The notes beneath the pieces were generated by a model. That model was not told where the DNA came from and made no database searches. It worked only from the letters and a program-made list of their open reading frames with translations. Below, piece after piece: positions 1-14,422 of a stretch of DNA of 64,000 bases (its first letter is position 1; the number at the start of each line of letters is the position of its first letter). Source of the DNA: Azolla caroliniana. Its lineage: Eukaryota; Plantae; Polypodiophyta. Both the position numbers and the translations under genes were made by a program. Where the stretch lies: positions 31,992,001 to 32,056,000 of the forward strand of contig JBHGNT010000001.1 in the NCBI GenBank assembly GCA_043228905.1, in the 5' to 3' direction.

Positions 1-248
1 GGAATGGAATTGGTGTGTGTGGGCTCTCTCTCATCAGTCAGTAGTAAAGGAGGGAAGAATCGAACCTACTCTCGGCGCGAGCAGATTATTGATTGTGACA
101 AAAAGATAATGGAGCACACGTAGATACACGCCGACAGTAGAAATACACATACAGAGTCTGAGAGACAGAGAGTGGCAGCGATAGAGACCACATTTGCAGT
201 GCGAATAGAAACAGAGTTCACACACACAGAGACTATAGAGAACGAGAG

Positions 249-3200
249 ATGATGTCTGTGCAACCTCTGTTCCAGACCCAGCTTTCATGGAAACCTTATT
301 CCGAGGCCGCTTGTTTCAAGCTTCACGGTAGATTTCGTCAAGCCGAGAAGAAATTACTAACGGTGAGCTTCTCATACATCCTTTCATCCCCCTTAGGGTT
401 TCCCTGTGAGAATCAGCTCTCACATTCAGCCAGAATTCAAGTGTTGTGTTTTCATTCATTCAAAACAGATATCTCTAGTTTTGCAAACAATATCAAGGAA
501 ACATGTTGTGATCCCTACAGTGGTTTGTTTATTATAAGTGTTTCCAAGAGTCGTTTCTAATATTATCACAAATCAACTATGTTCAAGTGTTGGGGTTGTC
601 ATTCATCCAGAACAAAGCTCACTAATTTATGCAGAAAATGTTAAAAAAAACTTGTATTCTGATTCCACAATTGTTTCTATAAGTATTTTAACCATCAGTC
701 CCGAGGTTCCCACAATTCAGCTAGGTTAAGTGTTAGCTGTCATTCATTCAGGCCAAAGATCTTTACTTTTGCGTAAAATATCAAGGAACTCATGCTGTGA
801 TTCCACACTCATTTGTTTGTTATAACTATTTTCAAGAACCAGTTCTAATATTCAGAACAAAGGTCTCTAATTTATGCATACAATGTTATCAACTCATGTT
901 GTGATTCTGCAGTTGTCAGCTTGTTATAAGCATTTTCAAGAATCAGATCTAACATTCTCAAGAATCATCTAGATTCAATTCTTTTAGGATCGTCATTCTG
1001 TCAGACCAGTGTGCTCCAATTCTGCATAAATGATTAAAGAATCGTGTTGTGATTCCACAATGGTGTGCTATAAGTTTTTTAAGAGTCAGTTCTGAAATTC
1101 CCACAATTCAGTTAGGTTAAGTGTTGGTTGTCATTCATTCAAACCAAAGAGCTAGAAGCATGTTAAGGGATCATGTTGTAATTCTATAATGTTTAGTTTG
1201 GTAACATTGAACAAATCACCTTGGTTAAAGTGTTGGATTTCCATTCATTTGGATGAAAGAGCTTTATTTTTGCACAAAATAGCAAGGACGTCATGTTGGG
1301 ACTCATTTATGATTCAATATTTTGTAGTTTGCCCTGGAAAGTCCTTTATTGGATTGGAGAAAATCTTTACTGGTTGGATATAATTCTTTGTGCAGACTTG
1401 TGCTGTTATTGATCCTGCCACAATGCTGAATGGAAGGCCGAAGACTATGCCACTACCTTCAAAACAAGCCCAAAGCTGTGGGATTGTCTATCCACAAGAA
1501 TTTAGAGATTCTATATCGGAAGGTTCTCAAGATACTCGACTTCGAATTTTCTCCGGAACTGCAAATCTTCCATTGGCTCAGGTTAGACCATTTACTGCGA
1601 ATACTGTAGCTGTAGAATTTGTTTCGTTTGCTTGTTATTTTCTGAATATAGTAGAACCATTAACTATTATTTGGGTTTACAATCATAAACTAGGATAGAA
1701 TAACATTTAATTTTATATGTGTATGTGTGTATGCACATATATGGAATCACACATGTCTGCAGTCTCCCCTGAAATCATAGCATTAGCATAACATGGTAAT
1801 GAGAAACTGAATTTGCACTTGCATTTGGAGGTGTTCTTACATGTATGATTGTATTGCTGGCATTTTGAGATGATGAGTATTTGGATTGGTTAGAACTTCT
1901 GACAAGGCATACTAATTTGGTGCATTGTCCGGAGACGATATGAGATTGTACTTTATCCTTCAGCTCCTTATTCCTGTTTTAGCAATGAAATGCTAAACCT
2001 TTGGCGTTAATGAAGAGTCAAAGGTCATTGATGATCAAGAGATTTATCTCTGGTCTGACTCTTTTTCGCAGATGATAGAGTTTCTTTGGTGCTTTGATAT
2101 ATCGTGAGATTGTTCAAAGAAAATGAAATATTTATTATTAGAAATTAGCAGAATCATTTGTCTATCAGGCATTTTGTTCTCCTTTTCTGCATCAGATACT
2201 AATGATATTTGAGTATGTTTTCGTGTCAGTGGGACAAGGTATTTAGACATCTTTGTGTTTCAATTGTTGTATTATTTTCTCTGAAAGTCCTGGTATTTTG
2301 CAGGAGATTGCTTGTTACATGGGACTTGATCTTAGCAAAATCAAGATCAAACGATTTGCAGATGGTGAAATTTATGTGCAACTCCAAGAGAGCGTGAGAG
2401 GCTGCGATGTGTTTTTAGTACAGCCAACCTGTCCTCCTGCTAATGAAAATTTAATGGAGTTACTTATAATGATCGATGCATGCCGTCGAGCTTCAGCTAA
2501 AACAATAACCGCTGTGATTCCATACTTTGGATATGCAAGAGCAGATCGAAAGGTAAACTAATGCTGGTCTTGACAGCGAGGGTCAAACATTATGAGACAA
2601 TCCTTGTAAACTATATGTAAGAATGATAAATGAAATATTTTCAAAAGCATTATAAATTTTAGCTGACATGTATTTTTGTTTGTGAGGAGCTTCCGATCAT
2701 TAATGAATTGTTACGATTCTCCCTTCTGTTTTTTCTTCAGACCCATGGACGTGAATCCATCGCTGCAAAGCTTGTTGCAAACTTGATCACTGAAGCAGGA
2801 GCTAACCGTGTACTTGCATGTGATTTACACTCTGGTCAATCTATTGGATATTTTGACATTCCTGTAGACCATGTGCATGGCCAGGTTTGTTTCATATATG
2901 CTCATAAATACACTTCAAGTCTCTGTAGTACTATTCGGCTAATCATGCAGGATTTCTTATCTTGTTCATTTTTTCACATTAGCCTGTTATTTTGGATTAT
3001 CTTGCAAGCAAAATGATCTCATCTCGAGACTTGGTGGTGGTTTCTCCGGATGTTGGAGGTGTGGCCCGTGCAAGGGCCTTTGCAAAGAAGTTATCAGATG
3101 CACCACTCGCAATAGTAGACAAAAGACGGCAGGGGCATAATGTTGCAGAGGTATGATAATTGTTGTTGAGACATCGTGATATACATTATCTTGGCTTATA

Positions 3201-4009
3201 TTTTCCCAACCAGTTATAGCTGCAGAGTACATGGTTTCAGCTGTCTTAATTTTCCATCACAATTGTCTTTTCGATACAAGTTCAATTTCTTCAATGTATA
3301 TTTATTAAATAGGGTTAGTAGCAAGCTTCAAATCTTCTTGTCATATGCAAAAGGTTGTCAATATATATTGTAAATATAGTCTTAGTAATATTGTGAATAT
3401 TGTGAACCATGCTTAAATAGGTCATGAATCTTATTGGAGATGTGAAAGGGAAAGTTGCAGTTATGGTAGATGATATGATCGATACGGCAGGTAATGTTTT
3501 TTTTGTGCTCTGAATGGGGTTTATGCAATAAGGTTTGCTCATTTGACTTTCTCTTAGGAACCATCACTAATGGAGCTGCCCTTTTACACCAAGAAGGAGC
3601 CCGTGAAGTTTATGCCTGCAGCACTCATGCAGTTTTCAGGTCAATCTTGTGAAATGCTGCCGTTCGTATTTCAACTTTCCTCAGATATATTCAAAACAAT
3701 TGTTTGTTTTGCTCATAAACAGTCCACCGGCCATTGAGCGGTTGTCAAGTGGTCTCTTCCAAGAAGTGATAATAACCAACTCTATACCTGTTAAAGAGCA
3801 GAATTATTTCCCGCAGTTAACTGTCCTGTCCGTAGCAAACCTGCTTGGAGAGACAATTTGGCGTGTTTATGATGATAGTTCTGTGAGTAGCTTTGCATTC
3901 TATACCTAAACCATATTTTTTATTTGTTTAGGAGGGCACAGATGATGTATTATTGGTGTTTGAATTGCAGGCCGATTCAGAAGGCCATTCAAGCCTTGGC
4001 ATTGATTGA
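249..4009 (+). CDS. PRS: Ribose-phosphate pyrophosphokinase (PRPP synthetase, class I, probable plastid transit peptide), 9 exons, ~403 aa
   Basis: Exons 249-362, 1396-1581, 2304-2552, 2741-2884, 2983-3150, 3421-3490, 3558-3639, 3723-3882, 3971-4009. All introns are GT-AG and the frame is conserved. Motifs: [57 protein letters not shown]; ends SSLGID*. Confidence 0.95.
420..1320. repeat. Degenerate ~140-bp tandem repeat in PRS intron 1
   Basis: Recurrent blocks gtcattcattca / catgttgtgattccaca / tttcaagagtcagttct / taggttaagtgtt appear about 5-6 times. Boundaries are approximate. Confidence 0.6.
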
Positions 4010-5624
4010 GCTCCTAAGGTATTGGAGAAGAATTATAAGATTTTAGAATTGAGGCCTTTTTGTGTCTCATGTGGGACATTATAGCAATGGTTTTTTGTTC
4101 AATGTGCAGAGCAATCAATTTATTCTCTTTATCATTCTCATCATACCTTGTATCCTGGCGATGGATAACAAGGTCATAGCAAGGTGATGTGGTTCTTATT
4201 TTTGGGCTGAAAGCGAGTGTAGGTTGCTTGAAAGCATAGACATTTTCTTAACGAAGAATGTGAAGGGATAAGTTTTAGTGCTTGTAAATATGCACATGTT
4301 GCATCTAGTTGACTTCGAGGCTAAAGTTGCCATGTCTACTAGAAAACATTACTGGACGTACCCATGTGTCTCATGCCGATTTGTTCAGACCATCATCCTC
4401 TCTTGGGTTACAATGCCTTTTCTTTTGTCTTTTAATATACAAGCAAGCTCATATGATGATCTTTTCGGATTCCCTGCCCATCAATATTGACAGTTTTGAG
4501 GCTTTTCATTAAATTAAGTGTGTGTTTATTAATAGCAATAATCTGAGTGAAGCAATTGGTTGTGGGTTGGTATATCCAACATTGCACAGTTTCTATGAGG
4601 CAAATGCATCCAAGACGATGCATATTTCATAGAAGTTCTTTGTTCATTCTATCTGGGTGCCTTGATCATGCATGCATGCATGAGCAAAGAGACTGAACAA
4701 TCCAATATGAATCATGTTGAATATCAGAGAATATACTAAGTTTGAAACATGTAGGATTATTGGAATGTAGTGCTTGTAAATATGCACACGTTGCATCTAG
4801 TCAACTTCGAGGCTAAAGTTGCCATGTCTATTAGAGAACATTACTGAGCCTACGGAATTTCATATGCCACAATAAATGAGGCCATGCAATGAACAATCGA
4901 GGGACATGGAAGTAAAAGTTAGGCAATTATTCCACTTGTAAATAGTAAACATGAGAAATGAAGGAATACAACACCCCACTTTGGAGGGTCATTTCCACTT
5001 TGAAATCATTGATCTGCTGAGAAGTGAATGAATACCAGACATCCTCTAAACACACATAAACAAGCAAAAGCAATAAAATTAAGGTACAGAGTGGAACGGA
5101 TCAAACTTCTTTGAATATGTTATTCGCATGTTCATGGTTGGTTTGGAAAATTTAATTCCATGTAATATTTGCACTATTGGTTTTATATTTCCCCATAATA
5201 TTTAGGAACACAAACTTGAAGTGACATGTTTAATGATGGGATCAGATAATGATTCCAACTCCTATTATATGTCACCTGAGGTATTTGTAATGGTTGAGGA
5301 TATCTACTAAATGTGGTTTCTTCCCTCAATGGAAATGTAAGTTCTTTCTTACCCTGGACTTGGAAGAGCAGATATTATGCAATGAGATACTTGTACATAT
5401 TCCTATATTACCATCTTGATCATGTTAAGATTACCGTTATCAACTAGATGATGAAACGATGACAACAGCTGCAAAGACGACCTGTTAAAACTGAATGAGG
5501 CAGAGTAGCCTAATTTCTACACTTAATATTTGAATGAATCACATGCTTGATACTCCTTTGGAAGCAAAAGCATCGCTCATACGCTTATATCATCATGATG
5601 ATGAAAATATTTTGTTCTCTGGAG

Positions 5625-7543
5625 TCAGAGTTTACTTCTAGGAGTATTTTCTGGGATACCAACTTTCCTGCTCTTTGGCTCAACTGCTCTCGAAGCTGCA
5701 AGCACTTGGTCTCTAGGTATCATTGGTGCTTTATATAACCAATTCCCACCATCCACCACAAATGTTTCCCCACTAACCCAACTTGCTGCATTTGACTGTT
5801 ATACAGAGTTCAGAGGAATGAGCATTAACTTCACAAAAGGAAATTGGTCATACATTCATACTTAGACACAAATCAACTACTTTCAGTCCAAATGCATAAA
5901 AGCTTACCACAAGGAACACGGCTGCCATTGCAATATCCCATGTAGATCCTAAACGGCCAATTGGAATCATAGATCGAAATCTGTCCTCTACAGATTCAGC
6001 ATTTGCAGAAATGGAAAGCTTACTTGCACCAGCAGTATTTGCAACTGGACCTGGAGCTATACCATTCACTCTTATTCCGTATTCTGGACCCCATTCAAGG
6101 CACAAGCTTCTTGTCAAGCTGTCAATTGCTGCCTGTAGTAAATATACACAAATCAATACATGTCACATATAACTAGCTAACTATAGATTAAACAATCCCC
6201 TGAGATTATTATATATTCTCACTTTAGCTGCAGAAGCATGTGACTGGTACCACGATGCTCCATAATGCAGCGTTGCACTGATATTGATTATGACCCCACC
6301 TTTTTTCCCACACTCTTTGTCCTTCCGAAGTGCCGGAAAAGATGCGTGACACATGTTGAACGTCCCAACAGTGTCAATCTCTAGAACTATAGTAAAGTGG
6401 TGAATCCAATCATATTTGTATCATAATGCAACTAAGAAGGTTTCCCTAAACAAAATAACTGAGATGAATTGCTTGATAAGTAATACTCGTAGCATATTAG
6501 TTGTGTCATTGAACTTGATCCTGGGTTATTACAATTGCATGCCATAGCATAATATATCCCAAGCACACAAATCAAGCTTAAAAATGTGATTCCCAATACC
6601 ACAAATACTAATTAGACAAGTGTAAAACTGAAAGGAACATAATTACCTGTCTTAAATCCCTTGGGTGTTAATGTTTCAGCTGGAGCCAGAAAGTTTCCAG
6701 CTGCACTATTTACAAGGATGTCAAGCCTACCAAATTTTGAGAGTGTAAATTCAACGGCTTTTTCTGCATCCAACAAAGACCGTACTTCTCCTTGTATAGT
6801 TTCTACCTATCCCAAAAGACACATTAGTATGACAAAAAAATCAATAATCACATATACAAACCAGTATTTTGATGAGACGATTGTATGTAAGACTTTTAAA
6901 ATCTAGCTCAAAATACTTAAGAGTATATATATAGAGGTGTGGCCAAACATATTAAATCTCCTATATCACGTCCAAAAGGACTAATACAAAATAGCAAAAC
7001 CTTCACTTGTGGGTTTCCTACTATATATATATATATATCTGTTACATGATACCCTTATGTATGTACGTAATATCTGTAAACATAGTGACCTCGTATGGAT
7101 AGTGATGTGTCTTAGAAGTTAGAATCACAACACTAAGAGAGCAAGTTGGTGAGGGAGGTTTCATCTAACACATGCTCCTTTGTATGATCTATGTCCAACA
7201 AGTTTGACCATTATAATTATTCCCCTACATCTAAGAGATTCTTAAGAGCGTTATATGTATTGAATACAAGTTAACAGCAAAGAGAATGAACCCGAATGTT
7301 GTGGATTTGGTGGCGTAATGCTTGGGCGGCACGCTGGAGGACCCAGAGGCGGCGTCCCAAGAGGACAACTGAGGCGCCATGTACGCCCAATTGCTTCGCG
7401 ATCTCAAACCCTATTCCAGAGCCTCCTCCTGTGATCAACGCCACTTGACCAAGCAGGATGTCCGATCTGAAAGGGCTCCTCTGTTCTGCTTCCTCTGTTT
7501 GTGCATCTGCCACTGACTCTGTGTTTGCTTTGCTCTCTTCCAT
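5625..7543 (-). CDS. DECR2: Peroxisomal 2,4-dienoyl-CoA reductase (short-chain dehydrogenase/reductase), 5 exons, ~323 aa
   Basis: Exons 7543-7292, 6806-6647, 6386-6223, 6132-5908, 5795-5625. Motifs: [37 protein letters not shown]-terminal PTS1 ...PRSKL*. Confidence 0.93.
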
Positions 7544-8826
7544 TGTTTTGAATGGACTTGGCTCTATTGCAACACCCACACCAACCAATATTTTATTGTT
7601 TGAACTTTCTATCCCTTCACAAAAAAGAAATTTGATATCTTTAAGCCCTCACTCTCACTGTCACAGTGACCATGTACACGTTTCTATCTTCCAATGCTAT
7701 GAACAGATTGACATCTCTGGTTTCAGATCTCAATCCGTCTTTCTATCCTGCACAGGCATTTGGGCAGTATTGATCATGTCCACTACGATTCGAGGTGTCA
7801 TTAAAAACATGGATTCACACGCAACCAATCGGTCAGTTCAGTCTGTCTTGAGGACATGAAAGAAAGCGCGTAACCGTGAATGCACACGTCCATCGCCTTG
7901 GCCTTCGACTTTTTACTCATACGTCCATCCGAAACTTGTCTCTTTGCCAATGCTTCGGTGAACCTGCAAGAGAAATGTTTTCACCCGTCCGATGCTTCTG
8001 ATGAACTCGAAAGAAAATAAACTTTTTTATCCTAACATCATTTCTTCCCCCCCAAAAAAATTCAGTACAATAAAAAAATAAAAAAATAAATCATTGGAAT
8101 GAATATCCAACTCGAGTTTTTACTCGCACCTTGTCCTTTTGGTTTCTTTGGCGAGTTCCATGGTTATATAGCCTTCTTAACTTCCATACGCTTTGCCTTC
8201 ATTCTTTTGAAAAACCTTCAAATCAATGTCTCGTTTCATGCCATGTGCGTTTAGGTGTCCGGACTTTTGCTGCCCACATAAATATGTACACAATTCTCTA
8301 TGTATGTTTTGTATGTATGTATGTGTGCATGCATGTATATGTATGTAGGTATGATTTGGTGTATGTGATTTATGTAGGTAGGTTCCACCATGACCATTCT
8401 TTCTTCTTAGCTCAAATGCGTGTTGTCTCTCCTGCATTTTTTTAATTCCTCACCGAGTACGAAGAAGAAGAAGAAGAGGTCATCGATTCTATTCCTCCCC
8501 ACGATTCCTCAAAGTTGGAGTATCTTTCTTGTTCATGGATACACTCTTCCTCTTTCTGTTCCATACCTCTGCGCTCGATCCAATGGTTTGATTGATGGAT
8601 TCATGATTCTTGCTACTCACCTTGCACCGCGTGGATTCGACACATGTTTTTACTTGTCTGTCGGTCCATTGATCTTCAAACACTATTGACGATCCGCCAT
8701 TTCATTAAAACTTATGGATGCGGATGGATGATCTGTGAATAAGTTCCCCACCAGGTAATTTGGTAGCAACCAATCGGAGGGGAGGGCCTCCTAGCCGCCT
8801 CTGATCATTTCTCTTTCAAAACATCC

Positions 8827-9862
8827 ATGTCCCTGCGGGTGGACATGTCGACCTTGAGGCAACAAATACATGAGGCAGGGCAAAGATTCTTCGACGGAAT
8901 GATGGCAAACGAAAGGCTAGAGCTTTGGTACAGGTTCATAGGTCTGGATGAGAATGGAGACGGGAGAATTTCGATCCAGGAGCTTCTAAGCAGGTATGGA
9001 CACATGAACGGAGGAGCTGTAGAGGATAGGGTTAGACTGCTGTTTCACTTGGTGGACAGAGACGGGAACGGCTTCCTGGACTTCCATGAGTGCAAGGCAC
9101 TCTTCTTTCTGTTCGCCTACGGACGTGTTTGCGATTTATGCAGGGGGCTCATCATTCGCGATGGCGTCTCTTGCCTCGACGGCTCGTCCGATTCTTTCGA
9201 CCTTTGCGGTCCCTGTTTTCATCATAATCAGCAGCAACAGCACTACAACAACAACAACAACAACTACAGCTTTCAAGCGCTTCCACCCTTGATTAGAAGC
9301 AGCCCCCAGCAGCGACAGCAGCTTCCACCCGTCATAGCTCTGCAGGCCCCCACCCCTCTCCAGGTGAGAAACCAATTCTACACTCATTATGATCTTTGTC
9401 ATCATGATCCAACATTATGATGTGCATGTAATCTCATGTATCTAGCAATAACATCATTGATCCTGATTATCCTCAGCACTACTACTACCAGGGATTTCCA
9501 TACCATCAGTTCCAGCTTCCATTCGTTCATCATCATGTCGTAGTAGCACCACCACAGGCCGCTCCCCCCCAGGTGAGAAAATGAGCATCATCAAACACAC
9601 AGAACTCCGAGTCTCCAAATTAAAATTCTACCACAATCTCATCATTATCTTTGTCATGATGATCCCACAACGTTTCTATTTGTATGATCTCGTGTGTTTA
9701 CGCCATGCATAGCTAACATTGCCCCGTCCTTGTATTGCCGGATTGTATCAGAACGCTCCCGACAACATTGGAGGCATTGGGGGGCCACTGTATCGTCTGT
9801 TGGCTATGGGGAGTGCTATCTCTAACGTCATGGATATATTCAGTTCGTGTCCTATTATGTGA
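8827..9862 (+). CDS. EF-hand/ZZ-like/CaaX family copy 1 (~247 aa, ends CPIM)
   Basis: Exons 8827-9363, 9477-9572, 9752-9862 (phase-0 GT-AG). EF loops DENGDGRISIQE and DRDGNGFLDFHE; CDLC..CLDG..FDLCGPC; last exon NAPDNIGGIGGPLYRLLAMGSAISNVMDIFSSCPIM*. Confidence 0.85.
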
Positions 9863-10974
9863 AGTACAGATAAGAGTACAGTTTTGAGCGATTTTTGATA
9901 TGGTTTGTCCATGTGCCATCAATGACAACATGAATTCAAGTTCCTTACAATAGCGATTCCATGAGGACGTGTTTAACAAATCTGTACTTATTAAATATTC
10001 AAATAAAATTTATTGTCTATATATTACCATAACTAATCCATGGGCCTGTACAATCTGAGTTTAACATTCGCAGGCAGGCCATTACTGTGGGACTGTGTAT
10101 CTTGTGACGTGGTAAAGTCACAAACGCAGGCTTCTCTATGAAAACCAAGTTTTTATGCCATGGGGGCTTGTTGATCTAGGGATGTATGTGCTGTTAAATT
10201 ACTTAGCATCCAGAGGGGAACATCATAGAGATACACTTAAAACCGAAGAATAAGTGGATGATACATTGCATCCATAGAATTAACTATACGTTTACCATAC
10301 TCGTTTGCATTCGTGTATGCTTCAAGCAAATGTGTATGGTAAATCATATTAAATCATATAATTAGTGCTTTAGTATTGAGCTCGATGGTTTTTCACTTAT
10401 CATTTGTTTTAAGCTTTTCACCTGTCCAATGCTTCCGATGGACTCGGGAGTCGGAAGAAAATCTACATTTGATCATACCATTGTTTGACCTTTTTTTAAA
10501 CGATTTAATTCCTCACCGAGTAAGAAGAGAGCTCATCGATTCTTATTCCCTACCACGACGATTCCTCAAAGTTGGAATATCTTTATTGTTCACGTACCCA
10601 AAAGTCAACCCCCCCCCCCCCCCCATTTTATCCATGGCCACGCGCAATCCCTCTCTCTCCTCCATACCTCTGCGCATCAGGTCGATCAAATGAATGGCTT
10701 GATGGATCATCCATGAGGCTTGCTGCTCACCTTTTGCATCTCCTGCGTTCAACACATGTTTTTTACTGCATTGATCTTCAAACATTATAAATTAACGATC
10801 CTGCCATTGCCTGAAGATTTTTGGATGCAGATAATCTGTGAATAAATTCCCCACCGCGTAAAGTATTGGAACCAATTTCAATCGGAGGGAGGGCCTCGAA
10901 GCCACCTCTTCAGAGCGTTTTCGTTTCTCCCTCAAAACACCGGGCGGCCCGGACCCATTTCGCTGCGAATCATC

Positions 10975-11958
10975 ATGGACATGTCGAGCTTAAGGCAACA
11001 AATACATGAGGCTGGGCGGGCATTCTTCGATGGAATGACGGAGTATGAACAGGATGGGCTTGAGTGCATATTCATGGATCTGGATGAGAATGGAGACGGG
11101 AGAATCTCGGTCCAGGAGCTTCGACACGGCTATGAGCGCATGAACGGACGAGGAGGAGCTGGTGTTGTAGACAATAGGGTTAGTCTGCTGTTTGACTTGG
11201 TGGACGAAGACCGAAACGGCGTCCTTGACTTCGATGAGTACAAGGCACTCTTCTTTCTGTTCGCCTGCGGACGTTTCTGCGTTGCGTGCGGGGGGCTCAT
11301 CATGTACTATGGCATCTATTGCGTCGATTGCTTCCCCGTTTGTTTCGACCTTTGCCGTGACTGTGTTCATCATAATCAGCAGCAGCACTATAACCACCGA
11401 TTTGAAGCCCTTCCACCTTTGATTAATAGCGGCCCCCAGCAGCAGCCGCAGCCGCCGCTTCTACCCGTCATGACTCGCCGGGACCTCTCCCGCCGATTTC
11501 AGGTGAGAAATCAATTTTATAGTCTTTTATGATTTTTTGTCGTGATGATCCAACATTATGATCTCATAATCTCATGTATATCATCGACCCCTGATCAGGG
11601 ATTCCCGTTCCCTCCTCCTCAGCAGCAGCTGTACGACCCGAGATTTCCATACAATCCCCTGTTCCCGCGTCCACAGGTGAGGAAATTAGCATCATCGAAC
11701 ACATCGTAACTCCGAGTCTCCCAATTCAATCTAATCATTCATGACCCCAACCCCACAACGTTTCTATTTTTGTATGATCTCGCGTACTATACGCCTTACA
11801 TATAGCTAACGTTGCCCCTCCCTTGTATTGCCGGATTGTAGCAGCAGATCGCTCACAACCACTTTGGAGGCATTGGGAACTTATTGTCTGGGGCGTTGTT
11901 TCTGGGGAGAACTATCCCTGACATCATTAACCTAGCCAGTTCGTGTTCTATTATGTGA
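10975..11958 (+). CDS. EF-hand/ZZ-like/CaaX family copy 2 (~240 aa, ends CSIM)
   Basis: Exons 10975-11502, 11599-11676, 11842-11958 (NAGNAG acceptor is ambiguous). EF loops DENGDGRISVQE and DEDRNGVLDFDE; CVAC..CVDC..FDLCRDC; ends LLSGALFLGRTIPDIINLASSCSIM*. Confidence 0.85.
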
Positions 11959-12347
11959 AGGACAACAGATAGAGAACAGTTTTGAGTGATTCATATGGTA
12001 TCCATGTACCATCAATAACAATATGAATTCAAGCGCCTTACAATAATGATTCCATGAGAGGACATATTAACAAATCTGTACATATTAATTATTCAAATAA
12101 TGTTTATGGTATACATGTTACAACAATCAATCCATCACAAATCTATCTGTACTTATTAATTATGGTTCGACCTCCCAATAATAACATAACATTTGGAGTA
12201 TAATCTCCATCTCATCATTTGGACCATACTGAATGAAATAAAGACCCTTTATACAGGTCTCACATAACAATAGGTCAAATACTTGCACAAAAACTGTGAT
12301 AAATGTTTCCTTAACGTTATCAGCAATAGGGCAACAAATAAAGCCCT

Positions 12348-13457
12348 TAACCGTGCACTTGCATGTGATTTATACTCTGGTCAATCTATTGGATATTTTG
12401 GCATTCCTATAGACAATGTGCATGGCTAGGTTTGTTTCATATATGTTCATAAAGCCACTCAAAAGCTCTGTAGTATTATTCGTCTAATCATGCAGGATTT
12501 CTTGTTATTTTGGATTATGTTGCAAACAAAATTATCTTATTTGGAGACTTGCTGGTGGTTTCTCGTGATGTTGAAGGTGTGGCCCGTCCGTACAAGGGCC
12601 TTCCAAAAGAAGATACCAGATGCACCACTTGCAGAGGCATAATGTTGCAGAGGTATGATCATTGTCGTTAAGACATTTTGACATATGCCTTATCTTGGCG
12701 TATATATTTGCCAATCAGTTAAAGCTGCAGAGTACATGATTTCGGCTGTCTTAGTGTTGCAAATAGGGTTAGCAGCAATCTTCAAATCTTCTTGTCATAT
12801 GCAAAAGGTCGTCAATAAATACCGTAAGTATGTTGTCTTAGTAATATTGTGATCCATGCTTAAATAGGTTGACATGCATCTTATTGGAGATGTGAAAGGG
12901 AAAGTTGCAGTTATGGTAGATGATATGATCGATACGGCTGCGAATGTTTTATTTGGTGCTCTGAATGGGGTTTACGCAATAAGGTTTGATCATTTGACTT
13001 TCTTTTAGGAACAATCACTAATGGAGCTGCCCTTTTACACCAAGAAGGAGCCCGTGAAGATTATGCCTGCATCAATCATGCAGTTTTCTGGTCAATCGTT
13101 TGAAATGCGGCTGTTTTGGAATCTAAACTTTCCTCAGATATATATTCAAAACAAATGTTGGTTTTACTCATAAACAGTCCACTGGACATTGAGCGATTGT
13201 GATGTGAATCTCTCTTCCAAGAAGTAACCAACTAATTCTGTGCTTGTGAAAGAACAGAATTACTTCCCGCAGTTGGCAGCCCTGTTGAGAGACAATTTGG
13301 CGTTTTTACGATGATAGTTGTGTGAGTAGCTTTGCATTCCATAACTAAAACCAATAGTTTTTGTTTGGTTGTTTCGGAGGGCACAGATGATATTTATCGT
13401 TGTTTGTTGGAAATGCAGGCTGTTTCAGAAGGCCGTTCAAGCCTTGGCATTGATTGA
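12348..13457 (+). pseudogene. PRS 3' fragment 1 (exon 4 to stop, introns retained, frameshifted); the copied flank continues to ~14421
   Basis: Colinear with 2803-4009 including introns (e.g. ggagatgtgaaagggaaagttgcagttatggtagatgatatgatcgatacggc). Carries indels and has no 5' exons. Confidence 0.9.
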
Positions 13458-14422
13458 GTTGTTCCTAAGGTATTGCAGAGAAATTTGAAGACTTTTAGAA
13501 TTGAGGGCTTTTGTTTTTCCTGTCGGGTGGGACATTATAGCAAGATGTTCTGTTCAATGTGTAGCCTCCTTTGTGAAGATTGCAGAGAAATCAATTCATT
13601 CTCTTTTATCATTCTCATCATTACCATGTATCCAGGCGATGGGTAAAAAAGTCATAGCAAGCTGTGGTGGTTCTTGTTTTTGGACGGAAAGCGTGGATAT
13701 TTTCATAACTAAGAACGTGAATGGGCGATGTTTGTGAGTGCTTGTAATATGAACACATGTCTACTAGAGAACATTAGTGGGCGTACCTATGTGCCCCTAA
13801 TGCACATCGTTCAGATCATTCCTTTCCTCTTGTCTTTTAATATAAAAGCAAAAAGCTCATATGATTATTCTTTTTTAAAATGGTTCAATTTCATATGCCT
13901 CATTTACAAATTCGTCAATTCGATATGCCACAAATAAATGCGGCCATGCAATGAACAATCGAAGGACATGAAGTAAAAGTTGGCCAACTTATTCCACTTT
14001 GTAATAGTAAACATGTCAAGAAATGATGGAATACAACACCCCACTTTTGGTAGGGTCATATCCACTTTGAAATTGTTTGATCCGCTGACAAGTGAATGAA
14101 TATTACACATCCTCTAAACACAAATAAACAAGCAAAAGCAACAAAAGTAAGGTGCAAAATAGAATGCATGAAACTTCTTCTTTGAATATATTCTTCGCAT
14201 GTTCATGGTTGTTTTGGCAAATTTCATCCCATGTAATATTTGCAATATTGGTGTTGTACTTCCCCATAATATTTAATGATGGGATTAGATAATGATTCCA
14301 ACTGCTATTATATGTTAACCTTGATGGACATGTAAGTTCCTTCAAACCTTGGACTTGGAAGAGCAGACATTATGAAATGAGATACTTGTATGTTCTCCTA
14401 TATTACCATCTTGATCATGTTA

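Noticed and set aside
4276-4850. ~80-bp direct repeat at ~4276 and ~4788 downstream of PRS
   Set aside because: A small local duplication with no TG..CA ends, PBS or PPT visible, so not called a TRIM.
8410-8640. TGTCTC (AuxRE) and CGCG-box hexamers in subfamily-A upstream regions
   Set aside because: Single short motifs shared by descent among recent duplicates, so they are not independent evidence of function.
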